Source: Malacoraja senta
Taxonomy: Eukaryota
Assembly: GCA_038087875.1 (NCBI GenBank)
Contig: CM075997.1
Coordinates: 1,304,001-1,368,000, forward strand
Direction: 5' to 3'
DNA: 64,000 nucleotides
Positions 38,613 through 50,590 of the stretch are shown one piece after another; positions within the stretch are counted from its first letter, which is position 1; every line of letters begins with the position of its first letter. The translations under genes were made by a program, and so were the position numbers. The notes under the pieces were generated by a model that saw only the letters and a program-made list of their open reading frames with translations, was not told where the DNA came from and did not search any database.

Positions 38613-39890
38613 TAAGTACCAGGTTTGCATGCAGTTAGAATAAACAGCATTAGCATGAATGAATGAATGCTTCATTTATTTTAAGATGTAATTGGGTTTT
38701 TTCCTCTTCGAAACGTGAGCTTCAAACTGGTTGGTGGGCCGATGGCCACACTCTGCATTCAGCTTCTCTGGTCCTATCTGCATCTGTCTTTGCTTTTCCT
38801 AACACCTTCTACCCAATTGTTTGCATGGAAAGCAATTAATTTCCGCAATATTCTGTTCGAAACGCCTGGGCTTATTTTCAGTCCTGGCTCCACAGAATTA
38901 ATTCGAAATGACTGAAGCCCAGTTTCCTGCTGCAGCCTTTAGCTTCCCATTGTCCGTGCCGTTTGGTTGTTCCGTTGGGCAGAGGCTGCGGACTGCGCAC
39001 CCGCCATCCCACCTGTTTCAGTTCAACACCACTGCTTCCCTCCGCACAATGCCTCCAAAACAACTTCCCAATCAGTCCGACCAAAACACCACCTGTATAA
39101 TCGAGAATAAAGAATTGCTGAGGTTTCACGAAAACAGCATTTCACAAGTCCTTGGGCTTATTTTGGTCGAGTTTACACAGCTGCCTTCCTTGCTGTGATA
39201 TTTCGCACGATGATTGGTGAACATCGCACTTTCTCTGGGCGTGTGCCTTAATGACTTCCACTGTGATGGCCAAGGGCCAAGTTGCTTGCTCCATTGTAGA
39301 TTACCCTGTAGCTGATTGAAAATATTTCTTCATGGCGGTGCAACGGTCGAGTTGCTGCTTCACAGTGGCAGATACCCAAGTTCGATCCTGACTACGGGTG
39401 CTTATCTGCACAGTTTGTACGTTCTCCACCATATAGTTGGCAGAGGATTGGGAAAACACACTGCTCTGAAGCGAAGGAAGGATTGTGGGCCAAACTGAAC
39501 AACGTCACTTAATAAACAAGTAACCCTGAGCCTTTGTCGAGCAAATATAATCTGATTCAATCCGTAAGTGGTTTAAAGATATCGTGTATTGATCTTGGGC
39601 ATTGTGTAGGCCACCAGAGCACAAAGGGTGTTGTGTCGTCCATGGGGGACTCTAGTGTTCTCCAAGTCGTCTTATTGCCAGCGCCCGGCAGGATAAAGGG
39701 ACGTGACAATGCCCCGGGCCCCATCGAGCTGCCACTGGAGTTCTTGCCCAGACATGTGAGGCAGAGAAGCAGCCAGGAGCGAGGGCACGGGGAGCAGTAC
39801 AAAAGACCAGATGGACTGACTATTGAAAGACTCTGTGTATCATGATATGGACTGCAGCAAAGCTAATGGCCCTGAGCCAAGGACATGTAG

Positions 39891-40006
39891 ACAAAACTTG
39901 TATACTGAACACTTGCTGAGCAGAAAGTCGAAGCACATGGGTGGAAGCTTCCAATTTCGAAAGCTCCGACTTTCTGCTCAGCAAGTGTTCTGCATACAAG
40001 TTTTGT
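39891..40006. repeat. Isolated 44-bp-arm inverted repeat (hairpin)
   Basis: ACAAAACTTGTATACTGAACACTTGCTGAGCAGAAAGTCGAAGC pairs with GCTCCGACTTTCTGCTCAGCAAGTGTTCTGCATACAAGTTTTGT; 28-nt loop. Confidence 0.9.
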
Positions 40007-40275
40007 AACAGCATCAATACTTTGTTGCATTTTTGCAGCTGTAATTTGAGAAAATTGTTATTGTCATTTGATTTTATTTTTGGTATATCAACCCCCTTTT
40101 ATGGAATTGATCCACAAAGACCAGGAGGTTGTTTAGAGTTGATTACTGGACTGGACTGAGTCATCTGAGCTGGGACTGATCCCGCTGATTCATTGTTATC
40201 CTGTGACCTCTGGAAACTCCATGTCATGAGGTGACAGGAACAAGCTTTGTTACGGCACCTGTTATCATTCATACG

Positions 40276-40416
40276 TTCTTCTTCTTCTTGCGTGTGGCGT
40301 GCACAGCCTAATGTTGTCGGACAACTTGTTCTATTTGATCTTCCGTTTGTGCACGTCGAGTTGATTGCATTAGTCGAAACAGGGCGGACCACGTGAAGGT
40401 TGCAATCTTCCACCCC
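40276..40416 (-). mobile_element. Short non-autonomous non-LTR retroelement with ribozyme head and (GAA)n tail (possibly Ingi/Vingi- or RTE-related)
   Basis: Flanking direct repeat ATTCATACG at 40267-40275 and 40417-40425; minus-strand 3' end ...GCACGCCACACGCAAGAAGAAGAAGAA. Confidence 0.75.
40363..40416 (-). ncRNA. Minimal HDV-like (CPEB3-type) self-cleaving ribozyme
   Basis: Minus strand GGGGUGG AA GAUUGCA ACC UUCACGU GGU CCGCCCU GU UUCGA CUAA UGCAAUC = P1, J1/2, P2, P3, L3, P3', P1' (G1-U wobble), GU, residual P4, J4/2 with catalytic C (40373), P2'. Confidence 0.8.
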
Positions 40417-43117
40417 ATTCATACGTTCATAGGTCCTAGGAGCAGAATAAGGCCATTCGATACGATACGATAGAACTTTATTCATCCCAGGAGGGGAATT
40501 GATCTGCCAACAGTCATAAAAACACAAAATACATGAAACATGAAATTAAAGTGACCAGTGGAAAGGATTGGGGATGTGCAAAGATTGGGGGAGGGGGCGG
40601 ATGGCGGGGGGAGGGGAGAAGAATCAGTCTAGTCTACCCCACGACAGAAGGGGGAGGAGTTGTACAGTTTGACAGCCACAGGGAAGAAGGATCTCCTGTG
40701 GCGTTCAGCCCATCAAGTCCACCCCGCCATTCCTTGCCTCAGAGGGCGGTGGAGGCCGGTTCTCTGGATGCTTTCAAGAAAGAGCTAGATAGGGCTCTTA
40801 AAAATAGCGGAGTCAGGGGATATGGGGAGAAGGCAGGAACGGGGTACTGATTGGGGATGATCAGCCATGATCACATTGAATGGCGGTGCTGGCTCGAAGG
40901 GCCGAATGGCCTACTCCTGCACCTATTGTCTATTGTCTATTCAATCATGGCTGATCTATCTTTCCCTCTCAAACCCATTCTCCTGCCTTCGTCCCATCAT
41001 TCCCGACACCCGTACTAATCAAGAATCTGTCAATCTCCGCCTTCAAAATATCCATGGACGTGGCCTCCACAGCTGCCTGTGGCATTGCTTTGCCTCCTGG
41101 CCCAGTCACACAGAAGGTACTCAAAGCATTGCATACACAGGCAGCACATCATGTGAGGAGAAATGTTAGAAGTTTCTATCTCATGTTAAAGATCCCATAT
41201 ATTTGTTCCCACTAGTGGAAGAATCCAGGACCAGAGGTCATAGCCTCAGAGTTAAAGGACGTTCCTTTAGGAAGGAGATGAAGAGGAATTTCTTAAGTCA
41301 GAGTGTGGTGAATCTGTGTAATTTATTGCCACAGAAAGCAGTGGAGACCGTAAATGGATATTTTTAAGGCAGAGATAGGTAAATTCTTAATTAGTGCGGG
41401 TGTCATGGGTTATGAGGAGAAGGCAGGAGAATGGGTTTGAGAGGGAAAGATAGATCAGCCATGATTGAATGGTTGAATAGACTTGATGGGCTGAGTGGCC
41501 TAATTCTGCTCCTATCACATGAATTTATGAAGGGCAGAGAATTCTCACTGATATCCTGGACAATATTTATCCCTCCAGTAAACGCGAAAAAGAAAGTGGT
41601 TTTCACTAGCTGGTCCATCATGCATACTGACCTCGCCACCATCGAAGGGATCTATAGGAAGTAGTGCTTCAAAAAGGCAGCCAATATCACCAAAGAGCCA
41701 CACCATCCAAAGACATACAGGTATGTAGGTTAATTGGCTTGGTGTATGAGTACATTGTCCCTAGTGTGTGTAGGATAGTGACAATGTGCAGGGATCGCTG
41801 GTCGGTGTGGACTCGGTGGACACTGTATTCCTAAGCTGAAAACTAAACTAAACTCCAAAGACGTACAGGTTTATAGGCTAATTGGCCTGGTTAAATTGTC
41901 CCTAATGTTAGTAATGTTGTCCTTAATGTTAGTCCGCGGGAATCATTGGTCAGCGTGGACTCAGTGGGCTGAAGGGCCTGTTTCCACGCTGTATCTCTAA
42001 ACTAAACTGAGCTAAATCTGTCAGTGAGAAGATTTGAGGCACTGATGATGGTAGCAATACAGACACTGGCAGACCTGTTATTAACTGTATCAATAATGAT
42101 GAAGCAGTAACACTGGTGTTTGCAAGATGTCCTGTGGAAAAAGCAGTGGGTGTTGCAGCTAACAGCTTCAAGGTTTGAGGTACACGGCTGTCAAGCTGCC
42201 TGCAGGAAACCAGTGTGTAGGAAGGAACTGCAGAAGCTGGTTTACACCGAAGATAGAAACAAAATGCTGGAGTAACTCAGCGGGACAGGCAGCATCTCTG
42301 GAGGGAAGGAACGGGTAGCGTTTCGGGTCAGTCTGAAGAAGGGTCTAGATCTGAAACTTCATCCATTCCTACTATCCCAAGATGCTGCCTGTCTCGCTGA
42401 GTTACTCCAGCATATTGTGTCTATTGCAGGAAACCAGCCTGGGTTAGGTGATGTATCGTTTGGAAGCTGAGTGGTGGGGCAAAATTGTGATTGGCATCTA
42501 AACGCAACTCTCTGGCACTTCTCGTTGTTCCATGATGTCGCTGTTTAACCCCCTGTGTACCTTGCAGCAAAAGCAAAGTGTCGAAATTTAGTTTTGAGAT
42601 ACAGCACGGAAACAGGCCCACCGAGTTCACACTGACCAGCGATCCCCGCACATTAACACAATCCTGCACGCATAGTGACAATTTTACAGTTGCGCCAAGC
42701 CAATGAACCTACAAACCTGTACGTCTTTGGAGTGTGGGAGGGAACTGAAGATCTCTGAGGGCAAAACCCATGCAGGTCACAGGGAGAACTCCATACAGAC
42801 AAGCACCCATTGTCATGATCAAACCCGGGTCGCTGGTGCTGTAAGGTAGTGACTCTACCGCTGTGTCTTCATGCTGCCCATTTGGGCAGATACTTGGATG
42901 GGGAAGGGGTAGAAGGGCTATGGGCCAAGTGGGAGCAAATGGGGTTAATATAGACGAGCATCATGGTCAGCATGGGCAAGGAGATCTCTGCTGCACTTTT
43001 CTATCATTCTATAAAATGTGTTTGCTCGCATAGAAGACAATGTGTGATCTCCTCCCTAAGCTGGTGAATCCACTGACGAGGGGAAATGACAGGGACATCT
43101 GTAGTAGTTGACGTAAT

Positions 43118-43586
43118 GTGTAGGAACGAAGATAGACACAAAATGCTGGAGTAACTCAGCGGGTTGGGCAGCATCTCTGGAGCAAAGGTGGTGTTTTGGG
43201 TCGAGACCCTTCTTCAGACTGAGAGTCAGGGGAAAAGGAAACGGGAGATATAGACGGTGATATTAGAGAGATATAAAACAAACGAATGAAAGAAATGCAG
43301 AAAAGCAACGATGATCAAGGAAACAGGCCATTGCTTGCTGTGGGCTAGGTGAAAACGAGTTACAGACAATGAGACTCAACAAGGCGACTTGGAAACTGGA
43401 ACAACAACTTGGGTGGGGCAGGGACGGAGAAAGAGGGGAAGCAAGGGTTACTTGAAGTTAGAGAAATCAATGTTCATACTGTTGGGTTGTAAGCTGCCCA
43501 AGCGAAATATGAGGTGATGTTCCTCCAATTCGTGTTTGGTCTCACTGTGACCCGCTGAGTAACTCCAGCTCTTTGTGTCTATCTTC
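43118..43586 (-). mobile_element. Penelope-like element 3' fragment (second subfamily) with short inverted terminal-repeat piece
   Basis: Minus-strand HSETKHELEEHHLIFRLGSLQPNSMNIDFSNFK* at ~43450-43550, then 3' UTR and terminal repeat with degenerate hammerhead. Confidence 0.8.
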
Positions 43587-45084
43587 TATTGTAGTTGAGA
43601 TCGGCAGGCATTTAATGCTGCACTGACTATTAGATTGACTGAGCACAGCGCAGAGAACTGACTATGCTGCCAGAATTGGGGTTCCAATCAACTGTGATGA
43701 GGAAGTAGGAGCAAGTACATGTGGTAGAAGAATACGGAAGTCACACACTCTTTGGAAAACAATTGCCTAATTAGAGTACCATAAACAGTGTGATCTAGGT
43801 TACAGGTCAATAGGACTATTTACAAATAGAGGGCTTTGTTTCTGAAGGATTTATATTAAACTCCTAATATTTAGATCACACTTGTAATATGGTGCTTAGT
43901 TTAGCTTAGTTTAGAGATACAGTGCGGAAACAGGCCCTTCAGCCCACTGAGTCCGTGCTGACCAGCCATCCATGTACACTTACACTATCCCATCACACAC
44001 AATTTACAATGATACCAAGTCACTTAACCGACAAACATGCACGTCTTTGGACGTAAAATTGTCCCTTGAGCATGCAGGGTAGTGTTGGTGTGTGGGTCTG
44101 TGCGGACTCGGTGGGCCGAATGGCCTGTTGCCATGCTTTAAACTAAACTAAATTGCTGCTGGGCTGAAGGGGCAGTTTTGTTGCTTGAAGTATCAGATGA
44201 TGTCTGTATATACAGGAGTTGGGGGCTTTATAAGGATAGAGACAACCGTATGCATTTCCCAACCTTTTGATGTCCCTAACGTCTCACTGCCAATAAAATA
44301 TTCATGCAATAAAAAGGAACTGCAGATATTTTTTATACCAAAGATAGACGCAAATTGCTCGGGTAGCTCAGCGGGTAGACAGCAACCCTGGAGAATAGGG
44401 ACAAGGGATGTTTCGGGGCGGGACCCTTCAATAGACTATTTATGTTGTGTTAGAATGAATAAATAAATAAATGAAATATCTATGTTCAGTCGTCGTTGTT
44501 ATAATGTGGGAAACCTAGCAGCCCATTTTCACCCAACAAACCCCACGTACAACAGTGTGAGAATAACAAAATATTCTACTTTCCCGAAGTCATAATGGTT
44601 GAGAATACTGGGAAGAACTTGTAGGAAGGAACTGCAGATGCTGGTTTACACCGCAGATAGACACAAAGTGCTGGAGTAACTCAGCGGGTCAGGAAGCATC
44701 TCTGGAGGAAAGGAATAGGTGATGTTTTGGGTCGAGAGTTCTTCTACAGACTTATCTCTCAGTGGGATGTCTTGTACTTTGAAATGATTAATTCCTGACC
44801 ACAGCCTGTTTTAAAAACACTGTTTTTCAAAGCGGCGAGCGCCTAAAGCCGCAAATCTTGAGATCTGTGGCTGAGCTTGATTGGCTGATCTGCACACGAG
44901 ATGCGTCTCGAGGAAACCGCAGACGTTTGTAGAGGAAGATCGCACGCCGAGCAGAGGGGAAAAAACACGGATGACAAGGCAAGCTCAGGCTCGCCCGTTC
45001 TCTTTCTGTCTCCCACATACAAAGTGCTGAACCTCCCGTTCACGAATTACCGTTCTAAAGCATCCTTTTCTCATTTTCTTTCGT

Positions 45085-45680
45085 TTAATTTAGAGATGTA
45101 ACGCGGAAACAGGCCCTTCACGCTCCAGGTCCACGCCGATCACTGGTTTAGTTTGGTTTTGAGATACAGTGCGGAAACAGGTCCTTCAGCCCACCATGTC
45201 TGCACTGACCAGCGATCCCCGCACACTAGTTTAGTTCAGAGATACAGTGCGGAAACAGGTCCTTCAGCCCACTGAGCCTGCACTGACCAGTGATCCCCGC
45301 ACACTAGTTTAGTTCAGAGATACAGTGCGGAAACAGGCCCTTCAGCCCACCGAGTCTGCACTGACCAGCGATCCCCGCACACTAGTTTAGTTTAGAGTTA
45401 CAGCGCAGACACAGGCCCGTCGACCCACCGAGCCCGCGCCGACCAGCGATCACCCCATATACTAACACTATCCTGCACAATTTACATTTACACCAAGTCA
45501 TTTAACCTACAAACCTGCACGTCTTTGGAGTGTGGGAGGATACCAGAGATCCAGGAGAAAACCCAGGCAGGTAACTGGGCGAATGTACAAACTCCGTACA
45601 GACAAGCAACTGTGGTCAGGATCAAACCCGGGTCTCTGGCGCTGTAAGGCAGCAACTCTACTGCTGCGCCACTATGTCGC
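45085..45680 (-). mobile_element. V-SINE with tandemly multiplied 3' tail
   Basis: Head at ~45675; tail unit of ~79 bp repeated at ~45150, 45229, 45308 and 45387, plus a shorter unit at ~45087. Confidence 0.85.
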
Positions 45681-46345
45681 GCCTCTATTCGTCGATATAA
45701 AATAGTCCTTCAAATGGAACATGGTATTACTCAATAGTGACCAGGAAACTGGCATTCAGAATGTCAGAGGCACAGCGGTAGAGTTGCTGCCTCAGCACCA
45801 GACACCCGGGTTCGATTCCGACCTCGGGTGCTGTCTGTGCATAGTTTGTATGTTCACCCTGTGACCGTCTGGGTTTTCTCTGCTTTCCTCCCACATTTCG
45901 TGTAGGGTCGGGTTAATGTGCGGGGATCGCTGGTCGGCACGGTCTCTCTGGGCCGAAGGGCCTGTTTCCACGCTGTATCACTAAACTAAATTCCAAATAC
46001 GTGCAGGCTTGCAGGTCAATTGCCTCTGGTGTGCAGGATAGAACTAGTGAATGGTTGATCGATGGTCGGTGCGGACTAGGTGGGCCAAAGGGCCATTTTC
46101 CACAAAGGGCCAGTTTCCACACTGTATCTCTAAACTAAGCTGAACTAAACTGAAGAAGTCCATGTGGTTCACTTATGCTGTTCAGAGGAGGTGCACAGCA
46201 GTCCTTACTTAATGTCCTGCCATTTATTCAGAGACTGCCACCTCTGATTCCAGACTCCTAAACCACGAGAACCATTCTCTCCGCGGTCAGTCTGTTGTGC
46301 CTTGTAAAAGTTTTCTGAGTTTCAATGAGATCTCTCATTCTTCTT

Positions 46346-46720
46346 GCCCCCACCTACATTAAAAGTCTCCTCACCCACCACTCCACCTCCAGGCCCCTCA
46401 GATCGGCCGACTTGGGGTTGCTGAATATCCCGCGGTCTAGGCATAAGCTCAGGGGCGACCGCGTCTTTGCGGTTTCAGCTCCTAGACTGTGGAACAGCAT
46501 CCCCCTTCCCATCAGAACTGCCCCCTCCATCGACTCCTTTAAGTCAAGACTAAAAACTTATCTATACTCCCAAGCCTTTCTTGACGTCCTCTGAGCGAGG
46601 GCTATATGTATATATGTATGTAGTTTGTTTGTTTATATTATTCTTATAACAAATGTAAAGCACTTTGGCCAACGAGAGTTGTTTTTTAAATGTGCTATAT
46701 AAATAAATGTGACTTGACTT
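46346..46720 (+). mobile_element. L2 LINE 3' fragment
   Basis: Same family as 29620 (GDRVFAVSAPRLWNSIPLPIRTAPSIDSFKSRLKTYL). Confidence 0.85.
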
Positions 46721-49332
46721 CTAAATTACATAGAATTACATAGAATCACCTCGCCTACTCGGTCTCCTCTGTTACGACAAATTGCTGTCCCCAGAAACGG
46801 TCTAATGGAACTCCCCTATGTTAAGTAGGGAGGCCAACCTGTACACAAAACTCAAATTGGGGTCTCACCAACATCCTGCATAATTGCAGTACAATATCTT
46901 TACTCAGATAACCATAGGTTTAATGTGAAGGGATTTAATAGGAACCTGGGGGAAACCTTTTTACACAGACGGTGGTGGGTGTATGGAACACACTGCCAAA
47001 GGAAAGGAACTGCAGATGCTGGTATATGGCGAAAATAGACACAAAGTGCTGTAGTAACTCAGCGGGTCAGGCAACACCTTGAGATATTGTCTGACCCGCT
47101 GAGTTACTCCAGCATATTGTGTTTATTGCCAGAGGAGGTAGTTGGGGCAGGTACTGCAAGAACATTTAAAAGACACTAGGCCAGATACATGGATGGGAAC
47201 GGTTTGAGAGATAGGAGCCAAATACTGGCAAGTGGGACCAGTGCAAGAAGGAACTGCAGATGGTGGTTTTAACTGAAGATAGACACAAAATGCTGGAGTA
47301 ACTCAACGGGTCAGGCAGCATCCCTAGAGAGAAGGAATGGGTGGTGTTTCGGGTCGGGACCCTTCTTCAGACTAGCTAGTCCTTCTCTCATTCCTTCTCT
47401 CCACTGCCTCCGCTGCCTGACCCGCTGAGTTACTCCAGCATTTTGTGTCTATCTTTCGGACTAGTGTAGATGGGGCATCTTAACCGGTATGGGCACATTG
47501 GGCCAAAGAGCTTGTTTTCGTCCTGTGTGACCCTCTGACTCTTGTACTCAGATCCATGCAATAAAATACATTTGCCTTCATCATTTCTTGCAGCACCTGC
47601 ATGTTGACTTTCAGTAACTTATGTACAAGGACACATAGATCCCTTTTAAGCATCAACATTACCAATTCTCCTATCTTTAACAAAAATACTGTACTTTTCC
47701 ATTTAGTACACCAAGCTGATAACTTCATATCATGTTCCATCTTGGCCACTCGCACAGCTTGTTTATGTCCTCTTGAAACCTCTGAACATCCCCCCTCCCC
47801 TCCCCCAGTCATAATTCCACATAGTGTTTTTTTTATCTACACCAAACTTGAAAATATGGCATTTGGTCTTCCTTGATATAACTGGGGCCCCAGCGCTAAT
47901 CTCTGCAGTCTCCCACTAATCGTAATCTCCCAACCTAAGAAAGATCTGTTTATTCCCAATCTCTGCTTAGTTCAATAACCAGTTGTTAGTCCATAGACAC
48001 AAAGTGCTGGAGTAACTCAGCGGATCATGCAGCATCTCTGGAGAAAAGGAATAGGTGCCTTTTTGTGGTCGGAACCCAGAAATTGCTAGTCTGAAAAAGG
48101 GTTCCGACCCGAAACGTATCTTTTCTCCAGAGATGCTGCCTGACCCGCTGAGTTACTCCAACATTCAGTGTCTATCTTCAGTATAAACCAGCATCTGCAG
48201 TTCCTTCCTACACATTTCATCTCAGCAAAACAAGGGCAGCTCAACAGGGTTTGAGAATGTATAGGAAGGAACTGCAGATGCTGGTTTAAACCAAAGATAA
48301 ACACAAAATGCTGGTGTAACTCAGCGGGACAGGCAGCATCTCTGGAGAAAAGGAATAGGTGACGTTTCGGGTCTGAAGAAGAGTCTCGACCCGAAACGTA
48401 GCCTATTCCTTTTTTCCAGAGATGCTGTTTGACCCATTGAGTTACTCCAGCAGTCTGTGTCTATCTTTGAGAATCCGTAGCTGTAAATGCCGAGGAGAAG
48501 TCAGCTGGTGAAGTAGATCTTTGCATCCTCAACGGCTGTGAAGGTCACTAGCAGCTGCAGCACAGTGTATCGTCTAATCGTCCTGCATTTCCATGCAACC
48601 GTGCCAAGACACTGTTGTCTTGAGATGGTACTTGAGATAGCTATCTGGTGTACATGGCACGAACTCAAGCGTTGACATCTTTCGTTAATCTGTTTTCCTG
48701 TTCACAGGTACTTTGTGTTCACAAATTATCGACACATGACGTTTTCCTCCTTAGATGCTGCTTGACCCACTGAGTTCTTCCAGCAGGTTTTTTTGCTCCA
48801 GATTCCAGAATCTGCAGTCTCTTCTCCATCATGTCGGAAATCTCCTCACGTTCCCCAGGAATTTCTGTGTGACTCTGACTCCCTGACCTGATGAAATTCT
48901 AATTAGTTTAGTTCAGTTTGGAGACACAGCATGGAAACAGGCCCTTCCAGCCCCACAAGAGTCCACGCCAACCATCGATCATCCATTCACACTAGTTCTA
49001 TGTTATTCTACTTTTGCATCCTACACGCTGGGAACTATTTTGGTTAGTACGGGCCTCAGGGGTCATGGGGAGAAGGCAGGAGAATGGGGTTAAGAGGGAA
49101 TGATAGATCAGCCGTGATTGAATGGCGGTATAGACTTGATGGGCCGAATGGCCTAATTCTGCTCCTATCACATGAATTTACAGAAGCCAATTACCCTACA
49201 AACCTGCACGTTCACACTAGTTCTATATTCCCACTTTTGCAACTACAAAATAGAGGCAATTTTCCAGAAGCCAATTAACCTACAGAGCTGTCGTCTTTAA
49301 CCACGTGTAGTCATGGCCATGGAATTGTACAG

Positions 49333-50590
49333 TTGGGAATCAAAACGCTCGAAGATCTGTATGAATTAGAAAAATTACTATCATTCCAACAACTACAACT
49401 GAAATATAATTTGAAAAATAATCAATATTTTAAATATCTACAAATCTGTGACTATTTGAAAACACACACAAAAGATTATTATAATATGCCTTCCGACTTA
49501 CTAGATGAAGCAATGAAGACAAAGGCGGAATCAGTTAATTTAATATCATACTTATATAATATCATCTTAAATATAGAAATACCCACAACAGATGGAATTA
49601 GAAGAGATTGGGAACAAGATCTAGGTATAAAAATTTCAAAAGAGAGTTGGGATAATCATTTATTACAGGTGCATAAATGCTCGATCAACGTACGACATAC
49701 GCTTATCCAATTTAAAACATTACATAGATTATATTATTCAAAAACCAAACTAAATAAAATCTTTCCTAACGTCTCACCAATCTGTGATAAATGTATATGT
49801 CAAGAAGCTACCATAGCACATTCTTTTGTTTTTTGTACAAAAATCCAAAAATTCTGGTTTGAAATATTTGATATTTTTTCAAAATTAATCAAAATAAAAC
49901 TGGTACCAAAACCAGAATGGATTATTTTTGGAATATCGGAAGGTATTCCTGAATTAAACGTGTATCAGAAGAATTTACTCAATTATGGGCTAATAATGGG
50001 AAAAAAGCTTATACTTAAATTCTGGAAAAATGCGCCCACACCAACAATAAAAATGTGGACATCAAATATGTTGGAAACATTACATCTGGAAGAGATGAGA
50101 TTCCTCCTAGTAGGCAAAGTAGACCAATTTCAAAAGACGTGGTCTACGTTTTTGGACCTATTACAAGCATGAGGTGCAATAGTAATTTAGAAAAATAAAT
50201 AAATAAATAAAAGGTATCTGGACCTGGTAATGGGAGGTAAAATAAAAACAGACTTGGTTGGTAGTTCCTTCTCTATGAAGTATGGTATAAGAGTTATAAT
50301 AGAGCGATTGTTCCTTCTTTCTTTCTCTTTTTTTTTCTAGGGTCTATTTTCTAACTTTACTTCCTTCTCTAACTTCTTTTCTAAGGGGCTTTCTTTTCCC
50401 AACACTCTTTTGCACTTCACAACCTTTGCGCACTTTCTTCACTTTTCTTACTTCTTTCTTTTTCTTTCTTAAAGTTTAAAAAAGTGAAGCGGTACAAAAA
50501 ATGTATTAATATATACGTGTTGTACATTACTGTAATCTACCGTACTTCTAAAAAATAAAAAAAATAAAAAATAAAAATAAAAAAAAAAAA
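49333..50590 (+). mobile_element. 5'-truncated L1/Tx1-clade LINE: ORF2 C-terminus (CCHC zinc-knuckle region), 3' UTR, A-rich tail
   Basis: Uninterrupted 279-codon frame with QFKTLHRLYY...CDKC...TIAHSFVFC; poly(A)-like tail; 12-bp TSD GGAATTGTACAG (49321-49332, 50591-50602). Confidence 0.92.

Noticed and set aside
39022..39198. ENKELLRFHENSISQVLGL resembling SAE1 exon 7 (EDSELLLQIRNDVLDSLGI)
   Set aside because: Wrong splice phase after the tttcag acceptor, no KGRDP motif, no suitable donor; similarity far below that of the true exons.
39650..39720. VLQVVLL...IKGRD resembling SAE1 LLQVLLK...KGRD
   Set aside because: No acceptor in place and downstream residues do not match; chance similarity.
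45150..45460. CRISPR-like regular repeats
   Set aside because: Eukaryotic tandem SINE tails with no unique spacers and no cas genes.
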